DNA from: an uncultured Rikenellaceae bacterium
Lineage (GTDB): Bacteria; Bacteroidota; Bacteroidia; Bacteroidales; VadinHA17
Direction: 5' to 3'
Length of the DNA: 64,000 nt
Assembly: GCA_964613785.1 (NCBI GenBank)
Contig: CAZTJT010000010.1
Span: 33,567 to 97,566 of the forward strand
Below the pieces are notes generated by a model, which saw only the letters and a program-made list of their open reading frames with translations, was not told the origin of the DNA and made no database searches. Positions 56,253 to 64,000 of this stretch are shown one piece after another (the first letter of the stretch is position 1; each line of letters starts with the position of its first letter). The translations under genes were made by a program, and so were the position numbers.

Positions 56253-58005
56253 TAGATCCTCTTTTTGTCTTATACCAGAAGAAAGCATCTTTCTGACGCT
56301 TTCTTTCATCAGGGCTTTTAGCTACATATACTTTCTTACCTGTGTAAGGATCAAAACCCGTATAATATATAAGTGTTGAAAGTGTCATTGGTGTCGGTGT
56401 AAAATCCTGAACCTGCTCAGGTTTTATTCCCAGACTCCTGATCTCCGAAACCAGTTCAGCCATATCATTTTCAGTACACCCCGGATGAGATGATATAAAA
56501 TATGGAACTATCTCATAATTGAGACCTTGTTCCTTTACTATTCTTTCAAATCTCTCCATTAGCTTCCTAAACAGAATAAAAGGAGCTTTACGCATTAGTC
56601 TTAATACCCTTTCTGAGGTATGCTCCGGAGCCACTTTCAAACGACCGGAAACATGATTTACAATAAGCTCCCTGAGATATTCTTCCTCAGGTTTTCCTGC
56701 ATTCGTGTTCCATTCAGGTAACAGAAGGTCATATCTTACTCCGCTGCCTACAAAGACTTTCTTTATGCTTTTATGGGCATTGACCTTTTTGTAGAGATTT
56801 GTCAGCATCTCATGGCTTGTATCAAGATTGGTGCATACTGAAGGCCAGATGCATGATGGTCTTGAACAGCTTACACACATTGATATTTGTTTCCCTTTCA
56901 TGCCATACATGTTAGCTGACGGCCCTCCAAGATCAGATAAATATCCTCTGAAATCTCTTAGCCCAGAAATGCGCTCTATCTCCCTGAATATTGACTCCTC
57001 TGACCGGCTCACAATCTGTTTTCCCTGATGAGATGCTATTGCACAAAAGCTGCACCCTCCAAAGCATCCTCTGTGGATGTTTACTGAGAATTTTATCATT
57101 TCATATGCAGGAATGGGACCCTTACCCTCGTATTTTGGATGCGGCAGATACATAAAAGGAAGATCATATATCCTGTCTGCTCCTTCTTCCGTAAGTGGTA
57201 AATAAGGAGGATTTACAATTAAGTTTTTCCCACGGTACGGCTCAATAAGCCTGGCTGCTTTCATCCTGTGCGACTCTTTTTCAAAAGCAACGAAATTCTC
57301 TGCAAAGAGATGCTTGTCGGCAAGGCATTGCTCATGAGAATGGAGCATTAAATCATCCCATTTTTTGTTGACAGGCAAAGGTGCCTCCGCGTCAATGACA
57401 ACCGATGTTTGAGGCACAGTAAGCAATGATCTGAACGGCACTCCTTTTTTTAGCAGCCTGACTATTTCTCTGACAGGTTGTTCAGCCATTCCGTACACGA
57501 GCATATCTGCACCGCTTGAAATCAGAAATGAAGGCTGGAGTATGTCTTTCCAATAATCATAATGGGTCAGCCTTCTCATCGATGCTTCAATACCTCCAAT
57601 AATTACAGGAACATCAGGATAAAGCTTCTTCAGAATCCAGGTATAAACCAGTGTAGGATAATCGGGACGAAAACCTGCTTTGCCGCCCGGTGTATATGCA
57701 TCGTCTGACCTTAACCTTCGGGCTGCAGTATAGTGGTTAACCATAGAATCCATGTTACCGGCAGTAACGCCGAAAAAGAATTTAGGCTTCCCCAGCTTTC
57801 TGAAATCCCTCAGATCATCTCTCCAGTTTGGCTGGGGTACAATTGCCACCCTGAATCCTTCATCCTCAATAACTCTGCCAATCACAGATGCACCGAAGGA
57901 AGGATGATCAACATAAGCATCTCCGCTGAAAATTATTACATCGGGCTGATCCCATTCCAGCAGTTCTATCTCTTTTCTTGTTACAGGAAGCCAACCTTTT
58001 TTCAA
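56236..58005 (-). CDS. ygiQ: YgiQ family radical SAM protein (UPF0313)
   Basis: 589 aa. N-terminal YgiQ-type domain (MKKGWLPVTRKEIE..WDQPDVIIFSGDAYVDHPSFG) and radical SAM cluster motif CFGGCSFCAI. Confidence 0.88.
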   Translation of the reverse strand: MKKGWLPVTRKEIELLEWDQPDVIIFSGDAYVDHPSFGASVIGRVIEDEGFRVAIVPQPNWRDDLRDFRKLGKPKFFFGVTAGNMDSMVNHYTAARRLRSDDAYTPGGKAGFRPDYPTLVYTWILKKLYPDVPVIIGGIEASMRRLTHYDYWKDILQPSFLISSGADMLVYGMAEQPVREIVRLLKKGVPFRSLLTVPQTSVVIDAEAPLPVNKKWDDLMLHSHEQCLADKHLFAENFVAFEKESHRMKAARLIEPYRGKNLIVNPPYLPLTEEGADRIYDLPFMYLPHPKYEGKGPIPAYEMIKFSVNIHRGCFGGCSFCAIASHQGKQIVSRSEESIFREIERISGLRDFRGYLSDLGGPSANMYGMKGKQISMCVSCSRPSCIWPSVCTNLDTSHEMLTNLYKKVNAHKSIKKVFVGSGVRYDLLLPEWNTNAGKPEEEYLRELIVNHVSGRLKVAPEHTSERVLRLMRKAPFILFRKLMERFERIVKEQGLNYEIVPYFISSHPGCTENDMAELVSEIRSLGIKPEQVQDFTPTPMTLSTLIYYTGFDPYTGKKVYVAKSPDERKRQKDAFFWYKTKRGSINRKR

Positions 58006-58096
58006 ATTAACCTGGAAATTGAATTTCAGAAAAGTCCAAATTTAGTATCTTGCTTTGAATATAACATAATGAGACATAAATATTGTTGCTGCCATT

Positions 58097-60388
58097 ATGA
58101 ATCTGTTATTCAATCGTTTCAATAGAACGATCCTTGAAAGTTCCATTAAGTTCCTTTTCCAGGTTATAATATTGCTTTGCCTTTTTCAATTTGTCTCAGG
58201 TCAGCAGAATAGCATCAGACCTAAAATCGGCCTTGCTCTTAGCGGAGGCGGTTCTCTAGGTATGGCACATGTTGGCGTGCTTAAAGTTATGGAGGAAGCA
58301 GGCCTGAGGCCCGACCTTATCAGCGGAGTAAGCATGGGAAGCATTGTTGGAGGAATGTATGCTATTGGTTACAGCCCCGACAGCCTTTACCAAATATTCA
58401 AAAGCACTGATTGGAATTACATTCTTACGAATAACCTGCCGGAAAATAAAGTAATATTCACCGAGAAGCATAACTTCAGGAACAGCGCAATGTCATTACC
58501 TGTTTCCTCAAAAAAGATAAGTCTTCCTTCCGGTCTGATAAACGGCCAGCAGATTGAGAATATGCTCAGCTTTTATGCATGGCCGGCAGCCGGAATAAAC
58601 AACTTCATGAAGCTTCCGATACCTTTCATGTGCCTTGGTACTGACATAATCACCACCAGCATCGTTGAACTTAAAAAAGGATACCTCCCTGAAGCCATGA
58701 GGGCAAGCATGGCAGTCCCTTCAATATTCACCCCGGTAAAAATTGATACAGTCCTCCTGATAGATGGCGGTGTTCTAAGAAATATTGCTGTAAGCGAACT
58801 GAAGGAAATGGGTGCAGACATTATTATTGGATCATATACCGGATTCCACCGGTATAAGGAAGAAGAACTGCATTCCGCCGCGGGAATACTTAAGCAGATA
58901 GGATTTCTGCAAAGTATGATAGATTACAATGAACAGAAGAAGAAAATTAATATACTCATCGAACCTAACCTTAAAGATTATTCATCAACAGTATTTACCA
59001 ATGTCGATTCGATTGTGCAAAGAGGCTACAGGGCTGCTTTACCATTCAAGCCATTGTTCCAACGTCTGGCCGATTCCCTCGACCGCCTCGGCAGCCAGAA
59101 AACTCCTGAATTCATACTCGACAGACAGTACTATGCATTCGACGAAATAAAGGTCGAAGGAAACAGCATTTATTCTGATGAACAGATCCTGGGCGTCCTC
59201 GACATTAATCCTGGTGAACTTATTAACAAACATTACATTACTGAAAGAATTGAACTGTTGTACGGCAAATCATGGTTTGAAAAGGTGAATTACAGGATTG
59301 AACCTGCAAATGATTCACTCCGACTTATTATTAACTGCGTCGAAAGGGAAAAAGCTGTTATTTATGGATCAGTACATTATGATAATGCTATCAAATCGGG
59401 AATAATTCTTAATGCATCGCTCAAAAATCTCTTTTCTCATAAAAGCACCATTGATATTGATGCTTTTATCGGCCAGTATTTCAGGTTCAGATTAAATGCC
59501 ATGCAATTCATAGACAAAAACCAGGAGCTTGGATTGTCAATAACATTTAATGCTGATAATACAATAATACCTGCATTGACATACAGAGAAGAAACAGGCC
59601 GGTTTTCAAACAGGAACTACAACGGCGGAGTAAGTCTTAACAAGATGATAGGACTGAATGCAATGAGTATCTTCTCAGTAAATATTGAAAGCTTTAATCT
59701 TGTTCCCGAATATATATCGAATATTAAACTTCAGAGAACTGCATTTAATTCGTATTCAGTCAATTATCAATATCAGGTAAATACCGTGGATACAAAACAC
59801 TACCCAAACAGGGGAACAATTTCCAACATTGGAATAAACACATCAAAACTTTTTTCCGGAAGGGTAAAAACATCACAGTATGACAGAATGTATCACAAGG
59901 ATTTTCCCGAGGATTTCATGTTCAGGAGAAACCTTTCCTTCGCGGGCAATATAAAGCATTACTTCTCTTTAGGAAAGAAAACTACCTTCTCGCTAAAAGC
60001 AAGCCTGCTATACACATATCATCCCGATTCAACCATTTCACACAATAGTTATATTTTCATCGGAGGAATAAACAGTACCACAAGGAGATCGGTTCCTATG
60101 ACAGGCTTTCATGCTAACGAGATTCCGGCAGAGAGTTTCGCCTCAGTAGGATTTGACGGCGATATCGAACTGCTAAGGGATCTTCATCTTGAGATAATGA
60201 CCGACGCCGGGATTGCACGTGAAGCTCAAATTGAATCAAAACTTACATATTTGGGAGGATTCGGAATCGGAATGGGATACATGTCAATAATCGGACCTAT
60301 CAGGGCTGGATTTATGTATGGGCTCAGCAGCAGGGAAAGATATTACAATAATTTCAAAGGATTCATCAGTATAGGATTCAATTTCTGA
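58097..60388 (+). CDS. Patatin-like phospholipase fused to POTRA and Omp85-type beta-barrel (PlpD-like, type Vd architecture)
   Basis: 763 aa. Signal peptide, patatin motifs GLALSGGGSLGMAHVG and GVSMGS (nucleophile), catalytic Asp region LIDGGV, a POTRA-like segment (IKVEGNSIYSDEQILGVLDINPGELIN) and a beta-strand-rich C-terminus ending in ..ISIGFNF. Confidence 0.85.
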   Translation: MNLLFNRFNRTILESSIKFLFQVIILLCLFQFVSGQQNSIRPKIGLALSGGGSLGMAHVGVLKVMEEAGLRPDLISGVSMGSIVGGMYAIGYSPDSLYQIFKSTDWNYILTNNLPENKVIFTEKHNFRNSAMSLPVSSKKISLPSGLINGQQIENMLSFYAWPAAGINNFMKLPIPFMCLGTDIITTSIVELKKGYLPEAMRASMAVPSIFTPVKIDTVLLIDGGVLRNIAVSELKEMGADIIIGSYTGFHRYKEEELHSAAGILKQIGFLQSMIDYNEQKKKINILIEPNLKDYSSTVFTNVDSIVQRGYRAALPFKPLFQRLADSLDRLGSQKTPEFILDRQYYAFDEIKVEGNSIYSDEQILGVLDINPGELINKHYITERIELLYGKSWFEKVNYRIEPANDSLRLIINCVEREKAVIYGSVHYDNAIKSGIILNASLKNLFSHKSTIDIDAFIGQYFRFRLNAMQFIDKNQELGLSITFNADNTIIPALTYREETGRFSNRNYNGGVSLNKMIGLNAMSIFSVNIESFNLVPEYISNIKLQRTAFNSYSVNYQYQVNTVDTKHYPNRGTISNIGINTSKLFSGRVKTSQYDRMYHKDFPEDFMFRRNLSFAGNIKHYFSLGKKTTFSLKASLLYTYHPDSTISHNSYIFIGGINSTTRRSVPMTGFHANEIPAESFASVGFDGDIELLRDLHLEIMTDAGIAREAQIESKLTYLGGFGIGMGYMSIIGPIRAGFMYGLSSRERYYNNFKGFISIGFNF

Positions 60389-60536
60389 CATCATTACGAT
60401 CTGCCTGAACATCTTGCATTCAACTGGATTCCAGAATATATTATAGTTCATTGCCGGCTGGATAATACGGCCTGATTGTTGTATATTAATTGTCAAAGGG
60501 AACTGGACTCTTTAATTGTGACAGGTAATATAATCA

Positions 60537-62771
60537 ATGGAAGCGACCAAAATAATACAGCAGCATAGGCGTCTAAACAAATTAGTTTCCGAAAGACGGA
60601 TCAAGCAAAGCCTTGATATACTGAAGGATATGATCAGTGTTTCTCTTCTGGGCGATCTGCGTGATGAATACAACAATATAGAAATGACTTACAGGAACAT
60701 GCTGACATATACCATGGAAGGCATAAATGATCCTGAGCGAGGCAAGATTTACCTGAAACTTATTCAGTCAATTTTGGAACTTTCTGACCGTGCAAAACAG
60801 GACATATTGTCACGTTACTCGGGGTGGCATACATACTGGGTAAAACAACAGGCCGAAAAAGAGCAGAAACTTACAGGAAAAACTATTGTTGAAACAGTAG
60901 ATGATCTGATGTTTAAATCAGAACTTGACGAATGGCTCAGGCTTAGCAATGAAATAAATCCTGATCCTGAGTCACATTTGTCTCTTCAGCATAAGAATCT
61001 TATCAAGAATATTTTCAATCATTTATGGCTTACCGATTATTATGGTGAAGCTGAAGAAAGCCTTATCAGAATAATAATGAGCTCTGGTAAATTCAGGTGG
61101 TTTGAAGCAAGCCTGTTTATTAGTGCAATAACACTAAGTTCCCTAAGGACGTGGCAACCGGAGAAACTCTTCTTCCTTATTGATTTTTATGAAACTGCTA
61201 CTGAACAGATAATGGAAAGATCTCTTTCAGGTCTGATACTTATTCTTCACTATTATAACAACAGGGTATCATTATATCCGGAAATAATTCAAAGAATAAA
61301 AACTATCAGCAAGAATGACACATTCAGGGAAAGATGCAGAATAATTGTGTTGCAGACTATCAGATCGCGCGAGACAGAGAACCTTAGCAAAAAACTCCAC
61401 GATGAGATACTTCCGAAAGTAGCCAGGTTAAAACCAAGGATTGAAGAAAAGTTTGACCTTGATAATATCCTGCCAAATGATAAGAATGAGGATAAAAATC
61501 CTGACTGGACAGATATGTTCAATGAATCTGAAGAGATCTTCAAAACAATGGAAGAACTCACGAAACTTCAGATGGAAGGAGCTGATGTTTACATGTCGGC
61601 TTTTGCCAATCTGAAGCATTTTGATTTCTTCAAGGACTTTCAGAACTGGTTTGCACCTTTCCATCCCGATCATGAGCTGGTAAATGAGATTTTCAGGGAT
61701 GAGATTCTTGGCAAAGGTACCAATGAACTTGCAGAAGCTCTTTATAAGACTCCTTTTATATGTAATTCCGATAAGTTCTCTCTGCTTCTGAATTTGAAAT
61801 ATCTACCATCATCGCAAAAAGGTATGATGCTTAAGGTATTCAGTATGGAGCTTGATGCCCTGCGACAGAATGAAGAAACCGAATCATCAGTTGATCCATT
61901 CAGAAATTTCCGGACCAACGTAACTCAATATCTGCAAGATCTTTACAGATTTTTCAAGTTGTCACCCTATAAAAAGGAGTTTGAGGATCTGTTTACAGGG
62001 AAACTTGACATATACAATTCAGAAGTTTTCAGATTGACCTGTAATGCTCCTGAAGCTGAAGCAGGCCTGGCTGATTACTTCTTCAGTAAAAATTACTATT
62101 CGGATGCACTGGAGCTCTTTCTTAAGCAATTGAATACCAGGCCTGATGAATCTCAGCTGTATGAAAAGATTGCATTCTGCTACCAGAATACGGACAATTA
62201 CGAGGATGCTCTCCGATTTTACCAGAGAGCAGAGCTTATAGAGAGAAAAGTATGGACCCTGAAAAAGATCGGACTCTGCCTCAGAAGGCTTGGCAGAAAG
62301 GAAGAAGCGTTAGAATACTATCTTGAAGCCGGGGCTATGGATCCGGGTAATATACATACTGCAATTATGACAGGTCACTGTTATCTTGATCTGAATGATT
62401 ATGAGTCAGCCCTGAAATACTATTTCAAGGTGGAGTATAATGATCCGGGAAACCTCAAAATACTTCGACCTATTGCTTTCTGCTATCTTGCTTTGGGCCG
62501 GTTTGACGATTCCGAGAAATATTATGACCGGATGGCTTCAGGGTACCTTAATGCTCATGACTATATTAACAAGGGCCATCTTGCCCTGTGCCGCGGGAAG
62601 AAAAAAGAAGCAGCAGATCTATACCTTCTGAGTATTGGAACAAACGAAATCTCACTCGAGGAATTTATCTCTGTATTCGTGGACGATCAGCCTTTACTAG
62701 TATCGCTGGGGGTAAATCCTGAGGACCTGCCTATAATCCTCGATTTTGTGGCTTTCTCAGTTGCTCGATGA
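60537..62771 (+). CDS. Large TPR-repeat protein with an uncharacterised N-terminal region of about 500 aa
   Basis: 744 aa. The C-terminal third has clear TPR units (YYSDALELFLKQL, YEDALRFYQRA, KEEALEYYLEA, YESALKYYFKV, FDDSEKYYDRM). The N-terminal part has no motif I recognise. Confidence 0.75.
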   Translation: MEATKIIQQHRRLNKLVSERRIKQSLDILKDMISVSLLGDLRDEYNNIEMTYRNMLTYTMEGINDPERGKIYLKLIQSILELSDRAKQDILSRYSGWHTYWVKQQAEKEQKLTGKTIVETVDDLMFKSELDEWLRLSNEINPDPESHLSLQHKNLIKNIFNHLWLTDYYGEAEESLIRIIMSSGKFRWFEASLFISAITLSSLRTWQPEKLFFLIDFYETATEQIMERSLSGLILILHYYNNRVSLYPEIIQRIKTISKNDTFRERCRIIVLQTIRSRETENLSKKLHDEILPKVARLKPRIEEKFDLDNILPNDKNEDKNPDWTDMFNESEEIFKTMEELTKLQMEGADVYMSAFANLKHFDFFKDFQNWFAPFHPDHELVNEIFRDEILGKGTNELAEALYKTPFICNSDKFSLLLNLKYLPSSQKGMMLKVFSMELDALRQNEETESSVDPFRNFRTNVTQYLQDLYRFFKLSPYKKEFEDLFTGKLDIYNSEVFRLTCNAPEAEAGLADYFFSKNYYSDALELFLKQLNTRPDESQLYEKIAFCYQNTDNYEDALRFYQRAELIERKVWTLKKIGLCLRRLGRKEEALEYYLEAGAMDPGNIHTAIMTGHCYLDLNDYESALKYYFKVEYNDPGNLKILRPIAFCYLALGRFDDSEKYYDRMASGYLNAHDYINKGHLALCRGKKKEAADLYLLSIGTNEISLEEFISVFVDDQPLLVSLGVNPEDLPIILDFVAFSVAR

Positions 62772-63290
62772 TGTGTCAGATCCAGGGTATTCTTTCTGGC
62801 CCTGTGATGGTGTGGCAGAACCCGGCATATCAAACATCCTTGGCTTTGGTAAATAAGAACCGGTGTCATGAGGAAATCTTTCGCCACGGCGCTTGTAACT
62901 TGTTGTGTCATCTCTTCTTCTTCTTCTCTCATTACTTATCATTTCCTGCCTTCTCTCATCCAGCTCCCTCAAACGGGCAATCTGTTCCCTGGTAAGCTTT
63001 GAATCCATCTCCTTCCTGAATGCCCTGATATTTGACTCCATTTCCCTCCTGAATTTATTCTGGGTCTCACCATTGATCCTGGCATATTTGTCGAGAATCT
63101 GTTCAATCTGCTCCCTTTGTTTTTCATCAGGCTGGATTGTCCTGATTATTCCTTCCCTGAAGCGTTCATCAGAAAAATATACTCTTACCGGTTTAAGTCT
63201 GTGAAACCTGAGCTGTGCTGAGGTAAGCATTCCTATGAAGAATCCGATTATTAATGTGATAATAACTAAAATCAAAGGTTTCAGTTTCAT
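62757..63290 (-). CDS. Membrane-anchored Spy/CpxP-like (LTXXQ motif) periplasmic protein
   Basis: 177 aa. N-terminal TM anchor, a helical charged body with LTREQ (62982..62996) and an Arg-rich tail. It is the third gene of the ECF sigma operon. Confidence 0.5.
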   Translation of the reverse strand: MKLKPLILVIITLIIGFFIGMLTSAQLRFHRLKPVRVYFSDERFREGIIRTIQPDEKQREQIEQILDKYARINGETQNKFRREMESNIRAFRKEMDSKLTREQIARLRELDERRQEMISNERRRRRDDTTSYKRRGERFPHDTGSYLPKPRMFDMPGSATPSQGQKEYPGSDTSSSN

Positions 63291-63297
63291 GATATGA

Positions 63298-63684
63298 TCA
63301 ATTTCCTGTCAATAAACAAATTATACTTTCATCATGCAGATCTCCAAGCCCCAGAATCGAATCAAATGAAAGTGTGCCCTGGCCCAGGAGCATAGATATC
63401 AGCAGAAGGATTATCGCAGCAATGCCTGTCAATGCAACACGGTAAAAGGCCAGCCACATATTAATAAAGAATTCAGAGTCAGCTGGTGGTAAAGATTCTG
63501 CTGCCTCCAGTCTTTTCATTATCATTTCCGCAAAATCATCCTTAAACCTGTAAGTAACACCGGCTTCCTCCAGTTCATCTGGAAGTGTACCTGTAGCGGG
63601 ATCACTTTCCAGTGACATTATTATCATTTTTTTTAATTCGTCAGCCCTCACACGAAAACTCTTTATTAAATTATTCCATATCAA
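63298..63684 (-). CDS. Hypothetical single-pass membrane protein, candidate anti-sigma factor
   Basis: It lies between the ECF sigma gene and the LTXXQ protein and has one TM helix (VALTGIAAIILLLISMLLG). The tracked start is a TTG; the first ATG is at 63627. No zinc-finger anti-sigma motif seen. Confidence 0.4.
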   Translation of the reverse strand: MIWNNLIKSFRVRADELKKMIIMSLESDPATGTLPDELEEAGVTYRFKDDFAEMIMKRLEAAESLPPADSEFFINMWLAFYRVALTGIAAIILLLISMLLGQGTLSFDSILGLGDLHDESIICLLTGN

Positions 63685-63746
63685 GCATTTTGCCTTATAA
63701 CTTCGTTGTTTTGTTAAGCGTAATCATACATAATGCCTTCATAAGA

Positions 63747-64000
63747 CTATAATTCCTTCAGAATAGTTCTAAGCTGTCCCTGTGCCCTTGCCAGCCGGGA
63801 AAGGACAGTTCCTACAGGCAGATCAAGGATTTCAGCAGTCTCTTTGGTTGAATATCCCTGTAGCAATCTCATAACAACAATTATCCTGAATTTTGGATCG
63901 AGCCTGCTTAGTGCCTTGTCGACAAGTTCTTTTGCCTCTGATTTTTGTTCTTCATCACCGCTTGCAAACTCAAGGTTATGCATTTCCTCATTCTCCTTAA
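63747..64000 (-). CDS. ECF-type RNA polymerase sigma-70 factor, 5' end outside window
   Basis: Region 4 HTH (LQGYSTKETAEILDLPVGTVLSRLARAQGQLR). The frame stays open upstream of the tracked Met to base 64000, so region 2 lies beyond the window. Confidence 0.85.
   Translation of the reverse strand, partial: KENEEMHNLEFASGDEEQKSEAKELVDKALSRLDPKFRIIVVMRLLQGYSTKETAEILDLPVGTVLSRLARAQGQLRTILKEL

Noticed and set aside
56236-58005. Radical SAM gene next to the hydrogenase locus as a candidate HydE/HydG maturase
   Set aside because: Its N-terminal domain and CFGGCSFC context match the YgiQ/UPF0313 family. It is on the opposite strand, beyond a terminator and a MORN gene. No HydF-type GTPase is nearby.
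1-64000. Search by eye for CRISPR arrays, tRNA/rRNA genes, transposases, integrases, phage genes or known defence-system proteins
   Set aside because: I found no regularly spaced repeats, no tRNA-like cloverleaf candidates in the intergenic regions and no recombinase or defence-type ORFs. A computational scan (tRNAscan, Infernal, CRISPR finders, defence-system HMMs) would be needed to make this negative result firm.

Overview
AT-rich, Bacteroidota-like chromosomal segment, judged from Tat and lipoprotein signal peptides, TAnnTTTG-type -7 boxes and the CAZyme content. I call about 47 protein-coding genes, one frameshifted gene and a few terminators or regulatory candidates. I saw no rRNA, tRNA, CRISPR array, transposase or integrase. 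All calls come from reading the translations and DNA by eye; no BLAST, HMM or folding was run, so family names are motif-based and the novelty claims need searches.

Left to right:
- A GcvH-like gene fragment, then a sensor kinase with CXXCH-type motifs and a sigma-54-dependent response regulator, then an archaemetzincin-like protease.
- Three orphan genes: GNAT-like, BKACE/DUF849 and SLT-like.
- A six-gene minus-strand operon: Tat-exported TIM-barrel protein, Tat-exported Gfo/Idh/MocA oxidoreductase, GH33 sialidase, NanA-like lyase, NUDIX hydrolase, GH97.
- LtaS-like protein, Yip1, speA, a cold-shock gene, zwf-pgl and gltBD.
- A glycosidase group: a TIM-barrel plus CBM protein, a GH127-like gene broken at a G6 run, and GH78.
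- pepP, pntA1-A2-B, DPP-IV and an M14 carboxypeptidase.
- A 10-gene [FeFe]-hydrogenase locus.
- A MORN protein, YgiQ, a patatin-POTRA-barrel protein, a TPR protein and an ECF sigma operon.

The most system-like and least understood part is 47.0-50.8 kb. It holds six tightly coupled genes: DRTGG, an RsbW-like kinase, a sensory-type [FeFe]-hydrogenase homologue, a second DRTGG, PHP and a GHKL ATPase. None has a recognisable DNA-binding, receiver or STAS partner. The block sits directly upstream of an electron-bifurcating-type HydABC.
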